From an uncultured Chloroflexia bacterium (GTDB lineage: Bacteria > Chloroflexota > Limnocylindria > Limnocylindrales > CSP1-4): a stretch of 64,000 nucleotides of DNA. The DNA lies in assembly GCA_963833225.1 (NCBI GenBank), contig CAWHXD010000019.1, positions 384,001 to 448,000 of the forward strand, in the 5' to 3' direction. Shown here one piece after another: positions 49,427 to 59,604 of the stretch. The translations under genes were made by a program, and so were the position numbers. The notes beneath the pieces are model-generated. The model had not been told where the DNA came from, did no database searches, and saw only the letters and a program-made list of their open reading frames with translations. Every line of letters begins with the position of its first letter. The first letter of the stretch is position 1.

Positions 49427-50359
49427 ATGAGCAGTTCGTCCCCGGTCGGAGTGGCGGCCGCCCGTCGTCGATCCGGAATGCCTCGCCTGTCCCTGCCCGG
49501 CGCCGAGTCGCGTGGCGCCGCCATCCTGGTGCTCCCGTTCGTGGTGCTGCTGACGGTCGCGGGCATCGTCCCGACCGTCTACGCGCTGCTCAAGAGCCTC
49601 GGCGACAGCAACGGCGAAGGCATTGGGTTCAGCAGCTTCGCGAAGATCATCGGGGACTTCCGGTTCGTCGACACCTTCCTCAACATCGGGATCACGCTGA
49701 TCGTCTGGCTGCCCCTGATGATGGTCGGTGTCGTGGCCCTCGCCCTGCTCGTGCACGCCAGCCCGGGCCGCTTCGGCTCCGTGATGCGGTTCGTGTACTA
49801 CGTGCCGGGCGCGCTTGCCGGGATCGCGAACTTCATGCTCTGGCTGTTCATCCTGAATCCGGGCCAGAGCCCCGTCGACTTCCTGTGGAACGGGTTCGGG
49901 TACACGACCCTCAACCAGGTCGCCCAGCCCACCTACCTGCCAGTCATCCTGGCGGCGATGCTGTTCTTCCAGGGCGCCGGCACGTGGCTGGTGATCGTCA
50001 ACGGCGGCCTCAACGGGATCCCCGACGAGGTCATCGAGGCGGCCGTCGTGGACGGGGCCGGATCGTGGGCGATGACATGGCACATCATGCTGCCGATCAT
50101 CCGGCCGTGGATCGGCTACATGCTCCTGCTCAACGTCGCGTACGGGTTCCAGCTGTTCATCGAGCCGCAGGTGCTGAGCCAGGTCACGCATGGGCAGATC
50201 TCGCCCCAATGGAGCCCGAACCAGCTCAGCTACACCTACGCGTACCAGATCCTCGACACGGGCGCGGCTGCCGCGATGTCGGTGATCCTGCTCGCCATCT
50301 CCCTCGGACTCGGCCTGGTGATCGTCTTCCGCACCGGCCTGTTCTCCGATGATCACTGA
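49427..50359 (+). CDS. Carbohydrate ABC permease
   Basis: EAA loop IPDEVIEAAVVDGAG; TM helices. Confidence 0.92.
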   Translation: MSSSSPVGVAAARRRSGMPRLSLPGAESRGAAILVLPFVVLLTVAGIVPTVYALLKSLGDSNGEGIGFSSFAKIIGDFRFVDTFLNIGITLIVWLPLMMVGVVALALLVHASPGRFGSVMRFVYYVPGALAGIANFMLWLFILNPGQSPVDFLWNGFGYTTLNQVAQPTYLPVILAAMLFFQGAGTWLVIVNGGLNGIPDEVIEAAVVDGAGSWAMTWHIMLPIIRPWIGYMLLLNVAYGFQLFIEPQVLSQVTHGQISPQWSPNQLSYTYAYQILDTGAAAAMSVILLAISLGLGLVIVFRTGLFSDDH

Positions 50360-50370
50360 GGAGGCGGAGC

Positions 50371-51297
50371 GTGAGCAGTAGAACGTCCGACACCCATCGC
50401 CGCCACGCTGGCGCCCACTGGACCCTCAGCCGGGCCGGCCGCGTCGGCGCGCTGGCGGTCGCGGCCCTGATCTTCGGCATCCCGATCCTGACCTTCGTGC
50501 TGATGGGCTTCCGCCAGCAGGACCCCGTCGGCCAGGTGCCCGGCGGCATCTTCTCGCTGGGCGGGCTGTCCCTCGAGAACGCCGCCAACAGCCTGCGCGT
50601 CGTGATGGACTTCAACCACGGCATCTTCGCCAAGTGGATGGCGAACTCGCTGATCGTGGGCATCGGCGGCACCGCCCTGGCCGTGCTCACCGCCATGCCG
50701 GCCGGCTATGCCCTGGCCATGCTCCGGTTCCGAGGCCGGCGCCAGCTGCGCTTCATCACCCTGCTGACCATGGTGATGCCCAACACCGTGCTCGTGATCC
50801 CGTTGTTCCTCGAGGTCAGCGCCGTCGGCGCCATCGGCCAGCTGTGGCCCGTCATCGTGATCATGGGCTTCTACCCGTTCGGCGTGTACCTCGCCTACAT
50901 CCACTACCTCACGACGCTGCCACGCGAGCTGGTGGAGGCCGCCCGGCTCGATGGCCTCAACGAGGTCATGGTTTTCCTGCGGATCGCGGTGCCCATCTCG
51001 AAGCAGGCCGTCGCCCTGGTGATCTTCTTCAGCTTCGTGGCCAACTGGACCAACTACTTCCTGCCCCTGGTGCTGCTGCCGCTGTCGGAGCAGGGGACGG
51101 TCTCGCTCGGCCTGCAGCAGCTGGTCGGGTCGAGTCCGCTGTTCGACCCGACGATGTCCGCGGGCCTGAGCGTCAAGCTCTACATGCCGCAGCTGGCTCT
51201 CGCCACGACCATTACCATCGTGCCCGTCCTGGCCGTGTTCATCATGGCCCAGCGGTTCCTGTCGCGGGGAGCCGTCGTCGGGGCCGTCAAGGGCTGA
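50371..51297 (+). CDS. Carbohydrate ABC permease
   Basis: NSL, AGYALA, LPRELVEAARLDG, WTNYFLPL, GAVKG. Confidence 0.92.
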   Translation: MSSRTSDTHRRHAGAHWTLSRAGRVGALAVAALIFGIPILTFVLMGFRQQDPVGQVPGGIFSLGGLSLENAANSLRVVMDFNHGIFAKWMANSLIVGIGGTALAVLTAMPAGYALAMLRFRGRRQLRFITLLTMVMPNTVLVIPLFLEVSAVGAIGQLWPVIVIMGFYPFGVYLAYIHYLTTLPRELVEAARLDGLNEVMVFLRIAVPISKQAVALVIFFSFVANWTNYFLPLVLLPLSEQGTVSLGLQQLVGSSPLFDPTMSAGLSVKLYMPQLALATTITIVPVLAVFIMAQRFLSRGAVVGAVKG

Positions 51298-51328
51298 GCG
51301 CGTCGCACCGGGGAGCCACCGTCGCCAG

Positions 51329-52429
51329 ATGACAACGACGCCGCGCCGACCTGCCTCGAGGATGAGGCCACGGATCACGCTGGCCGACGTGGCCCGCAGG
51401 GCCGGCGTGTCCGTCTCGGTCGTCTCGCGGGAGCTCAACGGGGATCCGGCGCTGCGGGCCCGCAGCGAGACGCGACGGCGGATCCACGGGGCCGCCAAGG
51501 CGCTGGGCTACACCCCCAGCCATGCGGCGCGCGCCCTCCGCCTGTCAAAGGCGTTCGCGATCGCGCTCGTCGTTCCGGACCTCACGAACCCCGTCTACAG
51601 CCAGCTGATCCGGGGGATCGAGGATGCCGCGGACGAGCTTGGCTACCAGGTGCTCATGGGCCGCACCGAGCGGATCGAGCCCGGCACGGACTTCATCCGG
51701 CGGCTGGTAGGTGAGGGCCGCGTCGACGGCTTCCTCGTCCAGCGCCGCGACGAGACCGACCCCCAGGAGTTCGCGCACCTGATCGACGGCACGGCGCCCG
51801 TGGTGCTGATCAACTCCCGCGGCTCGCGGCGCGGCTCGGTGGTGCTCGACGATGCCGCCGGGGCGCGAAGGGCGACCCAGCACCTGCTGGACCTTGGTCA
51901 CCGGGATATCGCCCTGATCGGTGGGGACATCCACAGCCACACCGGGCGAGCACGCGAGCGGGGCTACGTCCAGGCGATCAACGCTGCGCGCATGCGCCGC
52001 CGGTCGGCCTGGGTGCTGCACTCCGGCTATACGCCCGAAGCCGGCCGCCTCGCCATCCGTGAGCTGTGCGTGACCAATGGCCGGCGGCCGACCGGCGTCG
52101 TGGTGTCCAACGTGAACGCCGCCATGGGTGTCCTGCTCGGGGCGCGGGAGGTCGGGCTCAAGGTCCCGGAGCAGCTGTCGGTCGTGGCGATCCACGATTC
52201 CTGGTTCACCGAGTACGCGTCGCCGTCGCTGACCACCGTCCGGATGCCGATGTACGAGATGGGGCGCGAGGCGGTCACGCTGCTCCACCTTCGCCTCGAG
52301 GGCGAACGACCGGTCGACGTGATGATCGAGGCCCCGGCGCCCGAGCTCGTCCACCGCCAGTCCACGGCACCGCCCCCGAAGCGGCTGGCCCGGGCGCGCG
52401 AGCCCATCCCCGGACCCGAGCGTGGCTGA
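51329..52429 (+). CDS. LacI-family regulator
   Basis: ITLADVARRAGVSVSVVSR, VPEQLSVV, PSLTTVRMP. Confidence 0.93.
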   Translation: MTTTPRRPASRMRPRITLADVARRAGVSVSVVSRELNGDPALRARSETRRRIHGAAKALGYTPSHAARALRLSKAFAIALVVPDLTNPVYSQLIRGIEDAADELGYQVLMGRTERIEPGTDFIRRLVGEGRVDGFLVQRRDETDPQEFAHLIDGTAPVVLINSRGSRRGSVVLDDAAGARRATQHLLDLGHRDIALIGGDIHSHTGRARERGYVQAINAARMRRRSAWVLHSGYTPEAGRLAIRELCVTNGRRPTGVVVSNVNAAMGVLLGAREVGLKVPEQLSVVAIHDSWFTEYASPSLTTVRMPMYEMGREAVTLLHLRLEGERPVDVMIEAPAPELVHRQSTAPPPKRLARAREPIPGPERG

Positions 52430-52435
52430 CCGCGC

Positions 52436-53461
52436 CTAGGCCTCGAGGCCCTGCTCCTCCGGCACCAGCCGGCCCTCGTCCCGCATCCGCGTGAACAGCT
52501 CGATCGTCTCCGCGATCCCGTCGCCGATGGGCGTGACGGGGACGGGGCCGATCGCGGCCAGCGCATCGTCGGCGATCTCCTCAGGGAACGGGAGTGGCGC
52601 CCCCTCGACGGTGATCCTGGCGCCGGCTCCGGGGATCCGGGCGTCGATCTCGCTGACGAAGTCCCGCAGGTCCACCAGGCTGCCGCCCAGGTTGAACGCG
52701 TGCGCTCCGCGCAGCGGGCTCCGGCTCGCGATGATCAGCGTCCGCGCGACGTCGTGCGCGTACTGGAACAGGGTCCGCCCGGAGAAGCCGATGGTGGCTG
52801 GCCTCCCCAGCACGGCGGCGACGATCGCCTTGGTCGGCGAGCTGGTCAGCCCCTGGTCGCGGCCGGGGCCGTAGACCGTCATCGGCCGAAGCCCGATGCT
52901 CGAGACCCCGTTTTCCAGCCAGTACACGCGCGCGGTGCCCTCGTTGGCCTGCTTGTACACGCCGTAGTGGTTGACGGGGTGGGCGGTCGCGTCGTTCTCG
53001 AGGCGCATCGTCCCGGGATCCGCATCGGCCGCATCGAACATGCCGACCGAGCCCGTGTAGACGACCTGTCCGATCCGGTCCGCGCGTCGGCTGGCCGCGT
53101 CGAAGATGTTCACCGTCCCCAGCACGTTGACCCGGGCACCGAGCGGCGGATCCGCCCGGCAGAACGGGACCTGCAGGGCGGCGAGGTGGATGATGTTGGT
53201 GATGCCGTGGTCGTCGAGCCCCTGCTCGACGGACGCGAGATCGGTGATGTCGCCCCGCACCATGGTCAGCCGGGCGAGCTCCTCCTCGGTGCAGATCTGG
53301 CGGATCCGGCGCGGGTTCGCGGCGAGGTCGAAGGCGACGACCTCGGTCCCCTCGCGGAGGAGGTTCCGGACGGTCCACGCGCCGATGCAGCCCATGGCGC
53401 CGGTGACCAGGAACCGCTCCGCCGGGCGCCGTGGCGTGGTGGGGCGAGGGTCGTCGTGCAT
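52436..53461 (-). CDS. Extended SDR / NAD-dependent epimerase-dehydrogenase
   Basis: VTGAMGCIG, HLAA, YGVYK, VYGPGRD. Confidence 0.88.
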   Translation of the reverse strand: MHDDPRPTTPRRPAERFLVTGAMGCIGAWTVRNLLREGTEVVAFDLAANPRRIRQICTEEELARLTMVRGDITDLASVEQGLDDHGITNIIHLAALQVPFCRADPPLGARVNVLGTVNIFDAASRRADRIGQVVYTGSVGMFDAADADPGTMRLENDATAHPVNHYGVYKQANEGTARVYWLENGVSSIGLRPMTVYGPGRDQGLTSSPTKAIVAAVLGRPATIGFSGRTLFQYAHDVARTLIIASRSPLRGAHAFNLGGSLVDLRDFVSEIDARIPGAGARITVEGAPLPFPEEIADDALAAIGPVPVTPIGDGIAETIELFTRMRDEGRLVPEEQGLEA

Positions 53462-53465
53462 CGCG

Positions 53466-54350
53466 TCAGGCCTCCCTGGCCGGACCGGTCCGGCACGTGT
53501 TGGTGAGCGTTCCGATCCCCTCGACGACGACCTCGACGACATCGCCGTCGCCCAGCAGCCGGGGCGGCCGCCGGAAGATGCCGACGCCCCCGGGGGTACC
53601 GGTGGCGATCACGTCGCCGGACTCAAGGGTGAAGGCGCGCGAGCAGTGGCTGATGAGCTCCCGCACCCCGAAGAACATGGACGACGTGCGGTCGTGCTGG
53701 AGTCGCTCGCCGTTGACCAGGCAGGCGATCTCCAGGTCCCCGGGATCGGGAAGCTCGTCCGCGGTGACCAGCACGGGGCCCATCGGGCAGAACGTGTCGA
53801 GCGACTTGCCGCGCACCCACTGCCCGTCACCAAACTGGATGTCCCGGGCCGAGACGTCGTTGAGGCAGGTGTAGCCGAGGACGTGGTCGAGCGCATCGTC
53901 CGGGCTGACGGACCGGGCCCGGCGGCCGATCACGACCGCCAGCTCCGCCTCGTAGTCAACCTGGCTGGTCAGCTCCGGATCCCAGCGGATCTCGTCACCG
54001 GGACCGATCACCGAGCTCGGGAACTTGGCGAACACCAGCGGGGACGGCGGGGGAACGGCCCCATCCTCCGCCGCGTGGTCCGGGTAGTTGCGGCCGATCG
54101 CGACGATCTTGCCGGGGTGCGGCACCGGCGCCAGCCGGTGGAGCCCCGAGACGGGCGTGCCATCGGCGGCGATGCGACCCGGGTCGGCGGCGGTGCGCAG
54201 CCGCTCGAGCCCACCGGGCCCCGAGCGCAGGAGGTCCGCCATCGTCGCGGGGCCCCCGGCAACCAGGCCCGCGGCCGCGATGGCGTGTTCACCGGCCGCA
54301 ACCGCGAGGGTCTCGCCGGTGGCCGGGTCCAGGTAGGTGATCAGGTGCAT
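53466..54350 (-). CDS. Fumarylacetoacetate-hydrolase family protein
   Basis: IGRNY..H, DYEAEL, NDVSARD, GKSLDTFCP, GDVIATGTPGG. Confidence 0.92.
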   Translation of the reverse strand: MHLITYLDPATGETLAVAAGEHAIAAAGLVAGGPATMADLLRSGPGGLERLRTAADPGRIAADGTPVSGLHRLAPVPHPGKIVAIGRNYPDHAAEDGAVPPPSPLVFAKFPSSVIGPGDEIRWDPELTSQVDYEAELAVVIGRRARSVSPDDALDHVLGYTCLNDVSARDIQFGDGQWVRGKSLDTFCPMGPVLVTADELPDPGDLEIACLVNGERLQHDRTSSMFFGVRELISHCSRAFTLESGDVIATGTPGGVGIFRRPPRLLGDGDVVEVVVEGIGTLTNTCRTGPAREA

Positions 54351-55429
54351 CAGGCGAGATCCTCGGCGGCGGGGGTTGGGCGCGCGACGGCCGGGGCGAC
54401 CGCGTCGGGCGTGATGGCGTCCGCGGGCAGCATTGTCTCGGCCTTGAGCTCCGCCCACAGGGCGTTCGGGATCACCCGTCGCATGAGCCCCGGGTAGTCG
54501 TCGAGCTGGGCTCGGTTGCGGACGCCCGCGAGCATCGCGTTGACGACCGGATGCGCGAGGGAGAACTGGAGGGCTGCCGCCTGGAGCGGGACGCCGTGGC
54601 GCTCGCAGATCGTGCGCATCTCCAGGGCTCTCGCGATCTGGCGCCGGCCAGCGGGCAGGTACCCGAAGCGGCTCCCCGGTCGCGGATCCGCGAGGATGCC
54701 GCTGTTGAACACGCCGCCCAGGACGACCGCGATCCCCCGCGCGTCGCAGACAGGGAACAGCTCGGTCAGCGCGCCCTGGTCAAGGAGCGTGTAGCGGTTG
54801 GAGACCAGCAGGACGTCGAAGTCGCCCTCTCGCGCGAACCGGGTGAGCATCTCGGTCTGGTTCATGCCGACGCCGATGGCGCGCAGCACGCCCTCGGCGC
54901 GCAGCCGCTCCAGCGCGGGGTACGCCTCGCCGATCGCCTGCTCCCAGTGGTCATCGGGATCGTGGATGTAGGCGATGTCGATGCGGTCCACGCCCAGGCG
55001 TCCGAGGCTCGCCTCGATGGACCGCAGGACGCCGTCGTGGCTGTAGTCGAACACCGGTCGCACGGGCGGCGTATCGCGGTAGAAGTAGTCCTCCACGCCG
55101 TCGATGCGCTGGGGGTCCACCTCCATGCCGCCGGTGATCCGGTCGCGGTCCACCAGCAGCCGGCCCACCTTGGTGGACAGGGTGTAGGCGTCACGTGGCA
55201 GCGCCGCCAGGGCCGCGCCGAGCCGCCGCTCGGAGTTGCCATACCCGTAGACGGGGGCGACGTCGAAGTAGCGAAGGCCGATGTCGATCGCGTGACGAGC
55301 CGTCGCAACGGCGTCGACTTCGGAAACCGTGCGGTACAGGCCACCGATCGTGGCGGCTCCAAACCCGAGGCGGGTGACCCGGATGCCCGTGCGGCCGAGC
55401 GTCACCTCCTCGAGCGGATCGAACGCCAC
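54350..55429 (-). CDS. Aldo/keto reductase, D-threo-aldose (L-fucose/L-galactose) 1-dehydrogenase-like
   Basis: LGFGAATIGGL, FDVAPVYG, STKVGRLL, FDYS, IHDPD, RYTLLDQ, GGVFNSGIL. Confidence 0.88.
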   Translation of the reverse strand: MAFDPLEEVTLGRTGIRVTRLGFGAATIGGLYRTVSEVDAVATARHAIDIGLRYFDVAPVYGYGNSERRLGAALAALPRDAYTLSTKVGRLLVDRDRITGGMEVDPQRIDGVEDYFYRDTPPVRPVFDYSHDGVLRSIEASLGRLGVDRIDIAYIHDPDDHWEQAIGEAYPALERLRAEGVLRAIGVGMNQTEMLTRFAREGDFDVLLVSNRYTLLDQGALTELFPVCDARGIAVVLGGVFNSGILADPRPGSRFGYLPAGRRQIARALEMRTICERHGVPLQAAALQFSLAHPVVNAMLAGVRNRAQLDDYPGLMRRVIPNALWAELKAETMLPADAITPDAVAPAVARPTPAAEDLA

Positions 55430-55665
55430 GTGTGGCCTCCCCAATGTGACCGGACGACACCCGCAGGGCGACGGCCCGCTTCGGGCGGCGCAGGTGCCGC
55501 GGTCAGGATAAACGATTGCTCATCGACCCCACAAGCCCGCCGCGCACGGATTCGACGCGTCGTCGGCGTCACCTGCCGACAACCCCATGTGACCTGACGG
55601 GGCGCATCGCCTTGGAACAACGGCGCGAAGGGGGAACGCCGACACGTGTCGCACAACCCCGACCG

Positions 55666-56682
55666 CTAGCCGACGGAACCTGCCGTGACCGGTCCTCCGC
55701 TGGAGCGACGGACGACGAGCTCGACCGGGAGGACGACCTCCCGCGGCGGCCGGCCCGGGTTCGCCAGCCGGTCGAGCAGCATCGCGACGCTCTCCCGGCC
55801 CATGTCGAACGCGGGCTGGGCCGCGACCGTGAGGAAGGGGAAGAGGACCATCGCCTCGGGCAGATCGTCGAAGGCGACGACCGCGACGTCCTCCGGCACC
55901 CGGATCCCGAGCTCGTCGAAGGCATGCGTGGCGCCGATCGCGATGAAGTTGTTGCCGGCGAACACGGCGGTCGGCCGCGGCACCGCCTGCATCGCGGCGC
56001 TGGCCATCTCGTGGCCGCTGTCGATCGAGAACTTCCCGTGGAGGACGAGCGGTGCGGGCAGCCCGGCCTCGTCGACGACGGCCTGCCTGAAGCCGTCCAC
56101 ACGGTCGACCGCGATCGGGACCGTCGCCGGGCCCGCGAGGATGGCCATGTCCCGGTGGCCAAGCCCCACCAGCAGCCGCCCGAGCGCGAGAGCGCCGCCG
56201 ACCGAGTCCGCGCGCACGACATCGGCCTCGCCACCCTGCGGCCGCCGATCCACGATCACCAGGTGGACGCCGCGCTCGCGGCACAGCTCGATCGCCTCGG
56301 CCCCCGAGCCCGCGGGGGCGACCAGGAGCCCGTCAACCTGGCGCTGCAGGAGCATCTGGACCAGCCGCTGTTCTTCGTCGGGGCGCTCGTCACTGTTGGC
56401 GAGGATCATGGTGATCCCGGCTTCCCGGGCCGCCGCCTCCACGCCGTGGGCAAGCGTCGTGAAGAACGGGTTCGTCATGTCGGGCAGCAGCAGCGCGATC
56501 GTGTCCGTTCGCTTGGCGCGCAGGCTCCGGGCGAGCGTGTTGGGCATGTAGCCGGTCTCGGCCAGCGCTTGTTCCACGCGGGCACGGAGCCTGGGGCTGA
56601 CCTTGGCGGAGCCGTTGACGACCCGCGACACGGTCATCGGGGAGACCCCGGCTCGCCGGGCGACGTCAAGAAGGGTCGACAT
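55666..56682 (-). CDS. LacI-family regulator
   Basis: TLLDVARRAGVSPMTVSRVVN, YMPNTLARSL, VPEDVAVVAFDD. Confidence 0.93.
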   Translation of the reverse strand: MSTLLDVARRAGVSPMTVSRVVNGSAKVSPRLRARVEQALAETGYMPNTLARSLRAKRTDTIALLLPDMTNPFFTTLAHGVEAAAREAGITMILANSDERPDEEQRLVQMLLQRQVDGLLVAPAGSGAEAIELCRERGVHLVIVDRRPQGGEADVVRADSVGGALALGRLLVGLGHRDMAILAGPATVPIAVDRVDGFRQAVVDEAGLPAPLVLHGKFSIDSGHEMASAAMQAVPRPTAVFAGNNFIAIGATHAFDELGIRVPEDVAVVAFDDLPEAMVLFPFLTVAAQPAFDMGRESVAMLLDRLANPGRPPREVVLPVELVVRRSSGGPVTAGSVG

Positions 56683-56715
56683 GGGAGCTCGCTGGGTTCC
56701 TCGGCGGGGCTTGGC

Positions 56716-56729
56716 TGGTAACGCTAGCA
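56716..56729. promoter_or_regulatory. LacI-type operator (autoregulatory)
   Basis: TGGTAACGCTAGCA, about 35 bp upstream of the LacI start. Confidence 0.65.
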
Positions 56730-56827
56730 ACGCAGCGCGCCAGCGTCCAGCCCGGGAAGGCGCGATCCGCCCCACACGCGCGGGTGGACGTCAGGCTGGG
56801 TCCTGGACGCGCGCATCGTGGGCCGGC

Positions 56828-57649
56828 CTAGAACCCGCGCAGGCCGGTGCTGGTCCGGGCGGGGAGGCCCGCGTGGGGCACCCGCCTGAGGACCACGTAC
56901 TCGATCCCGTGCTCCCGACAGAACTCGCGCTTCTCCGGCTGGTCGCCATCCTCGTTGACGACGTAGAACGCCGGCCGGATCGCATCGATCTCGGGGTCGG
57001 CGTCCATCCATCCCTCGCCCGACGAGACGAGGCACCGGTGGACGCTGTCCACGGCGCCGACCATGTAGCGCCGCTCATCCTCGTGCTGCAGCGGGTGCCC
57101 GGGGCCTTTGAGCAGCTCCACGTTCCTGTCGCTGCCGACGACCGCGTACAGGGCTCCGTACTCGGCCGCGTCCATGAAGAACCGGATGTGGCCCGAGTGG
57201 AGCCAGTCGTAGCAGCCGGTGACCACGACCCGCGGTTTGCCTTCCGGGGGCGGCGGAGGCTCGCTGACCGGGAACCCGGCGCGGGCCTGCCGGCTCACGG
57301 TTCGGCAGCCGACGCCGTGCGCCTCGACCGCGGATCTCAGGGTCGGCTCGTCATCCTCCTCGCGCACGACGAGCGCGGAGCCGGCGGCCGCCAGGGCGTC
57401 GAGGGTGGCGGGTTCCCCGGTGAGCGACCGGTCCACGATCTCCGTGCTCGCCACCCAGCGGATGGACTCGGCGAGGAACAGCCGCTCGGCGGCCGGGAAG
57501 GCGGGCGGTGTGCCCAGGCGTTCGGTCACCAGCGCGTCGGATGGGATCCGCACGTGCAGAGGCCCCAGCGATGCCGCCTCCTCGAGGAAGCGCACGTCGT
57601 CGGATCGGAGGTTGTCGAGGGTGGTCTCGACCACCGCGGATCCCCTCAC
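56828..57649 (-). CDS. Tandem cytidylyltransferase-like (HxGH) nucleotidyltransferase
   Basis: The C-domain has VTGCYDWLHSGH, GSD and ERRYMV; the N-domain is a degenerate copy (LDNLRSDD..AERL). Confidence 0.75.
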   Translation of the reverse strand: MRGSAVVETTLDNLRSDDVRFLEEAASLGPLHVRIPSDALVTERLGTPPAFPAAERLFLAESIRWVASTEIVDRSLTGEPATLDALAAAGSALVVREEDDEPTLRSAVEAHGVGCRTVSRQARAGFPVSEPPPPPEGKPRVVVTGCYDWLHSGHIRFFMDAAEYGALYAVVGSDRNVELLKGPGHPLQHEDERRYMVGAVDSVHRCLVSSGEGWMDADPEIDAIRPAFYVVNEDGDQPEKREFCREHGIEYVVLRRVPHAGLPARTSTGLRGF

Positions 57650-58474
57650 GCCGTCCGGACCCGCACGCCGGCCGAACCCGCCGGGGCCGTCTCCGAGGCC
57701 ACGATCACGTACCCGCCACCACAGCCGGAGAGCATCGCCCCGGCGTGCTCGGTGGCGTAGGCGGCCACCAGGGCCAGCAAGTCGATCGTGATCGTTGGGT
57801 GGACATAGACCTGGGGCAGGAGCGCGTCCCAGGCACGGGTGGTCTCGTTGAGCGACTCGCCGAGCGCCCGGAGGTCCATGGCCAGGATCGCGTCGTAGCA
57901 GGCGCGGCCGCTGGCGCTCAAGCGGGCGATCCACGCCGGGTCGAGTCGCTTGACCCCCAGCGGGGCGTATCCCGGCGGGCGCTGCCCGATGGGCACGAGG
58001 TGGATGACCCGCTCCAGCCAGGCCAGCGTCTCGGGATCGGTGGTGGATTCCACGCGGGATGGGAACCAGCCGCCTTCAACGGCGGCGTCGTAGTCGAGGC
58101 GGCTGATGCCCGGGTAGATCAGGCCGCACATGTCCTGCGAGCCAGATGGCTCGGCGAGGTTGGCGTTCTCGGCGGCGTACAGCTCTCGGACCAGGCTGGC
58201 CGGCGTCCGGTCGGCCGGAAACGCGTCGCCCCACAGCGCCTGGGCCGCCACGCGGGTCCCGGTCGCCATCCCGCACCGATCCATGTAGCGGACGGTGGGC
58301 TGCAGCGAGACCACGACCATGGAGCCCGGCGGCTCGGGGTTGACCGCCGACAGCCAGGGCTGGTCGATCCAGCCGCCGGCCATCTGCAGCCGATAGGGGA
58401 GGCTCCCGATCGTTCCGCGCAGGACGGCGGTTCGCGGGCGTCGCAGCCGAAGCGGATGCCGCCGGACCGGCCAC
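57646..58474 (-). CDS. GHMP-family sugar kinase (HddA/fucokinase-like); probable frameshift near the 5' end
   Basis: PYRLQMAGGWID, GMATGT, GSQD, LSGCGGG; the GTG start at 58474 is in another frame. Confidence 0.7.
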
Positions 58475-58479
58475 GGTCG

Positions 58480-59541
58480 TCAGCCCTCGACGACGCGCTT
58501 GCCGGCCTTGCGGTCGGCGAACTGCTCGGAGATCCACGCATACGTCTCGGCCATGCCGTCGCGGAGCGGCGTGCTGGGCTCCCAGCCCAGGACCTGCTCG
58601 ATGAACGTGTTGTCGCTGTTGCGACCGGCCACGCCCTTGGGCGCGTCCAGCTTGTACGTGCGCTCGAGCGTGACGCCGGCGATCTCCTCGACCATCGAGA
58701 CGAGATCGTTGATCGAGATGAGCTCGCTCGAGCCGAGGTTGATCGGCGTGGCGATCAGCTCCGGGCTGTGCATGATCCGGTCGATGCCGTGGAGGCAGTC
58801 GTCGATGTAGCAGAAGGAGCGCGTCTGGCTGCCGTCGCCCCAGATCTCGATCCGCAGGTCGCCGCTGTCCTGCGCCTCGAGCACCTTGCGGCACATCGCC
58901 GCGGGCGCCTTCTCACGGCCGCCGAACCAGGTCCCGTTGGGTCCGTAGATGTTGTGGAAGCGGGCGATGTGGGTCTCGAGGCCGCGCTCCGCCCAGTACT
59001 CCTGGCAGAACATCTCGGAGACCAGCTTCTCCCAGCCGTAGCCACGCTCGGCCATGGCCGGGTAGGCATCGGACTCCTTGAGCGCGATGACATCCGGGGA
59101 CTTCTGGAGGTCCGTGTTGTAGGCGCAGGCCGACGAGGAGAAGAAGTAGCGCTTGACGCCGGCGCGGTAGGACGCCTCGGTCAGGTGCGTGTTCACGAGG
59201 ATGCTGCGCAGGCACTCCACCCGGAAGTTCTCGATGAAGCCCATGCCGCCCATGTCGGCGGCGAGGTTGTAGACCTCGGTCGCGCCCTTGACGGCCTCGA
59301 TCGCGTTCTGCTCGTGGGACAGGTCCATCGAGATCGACTCGACCCCCGGCACGCGCAGGTACCAGTCCGGCAGCGGCTTGCGGTCGACCGCCCGGATGCG
59401 GGTGTAGCCCTGCTCGGCGAAGTAGCGGGTGAGCGACCCGGCGATGAACCCGCCGGCCCCGGTGATGACGATCAGGTCGTCCTTGTCGAGGCCGCGCTTG
59501 ACGCTCGTGCCGGGGATGGTGTCCGTGAACTCGGTGGTCAT
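58480..59541 (-). CDS. GDP-mannose 3,5-epimerase-like extended SDR
   Basis: GAGGFI, NLAADMGGMGFI, SSSACAY, YGWEKL, RFHNIYGP.GTWFGGREKAPAAMCRK. Confidence 0.88.
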   Translation of the reverse strand: MTTEFTDTIPGTSVKRGLDKDDLIVITGAGGFIAGSLTRYFAEQGYTRIRAVDRKPLPDWYLRVPGVESISMDLSHEQNAIEAVKGATEVYNLAADMGGMGFIENFRVECLRSILVNTHLTEASYRAGVKRYFFSSSACAYNTDLQKSPDVIALKESDAYPAMAERGYGWEKLVSEMFCQEYWAERGLETHIARFHNIYGPNGTWFGGREKAPAAMCRKVLEAQDSGDLRIEIWGDGSQTRSFCYIDDCLHGIDRIMHSPELIATPINLGSSELISINDLVSMVEEIAGVTLERTYKLDAPKGVAGRNSDNTFIEQVLGWEPSTPLRDGMAETYAWISEQFADRKAGKRVVEG

Positions 59542-59604
59542 CTGGGGTCCTCTGTGGGTTGGCGAACGGGCAGCAATGCCAGTGGCGGGGTCGAGCAGAT
59601 CGTG

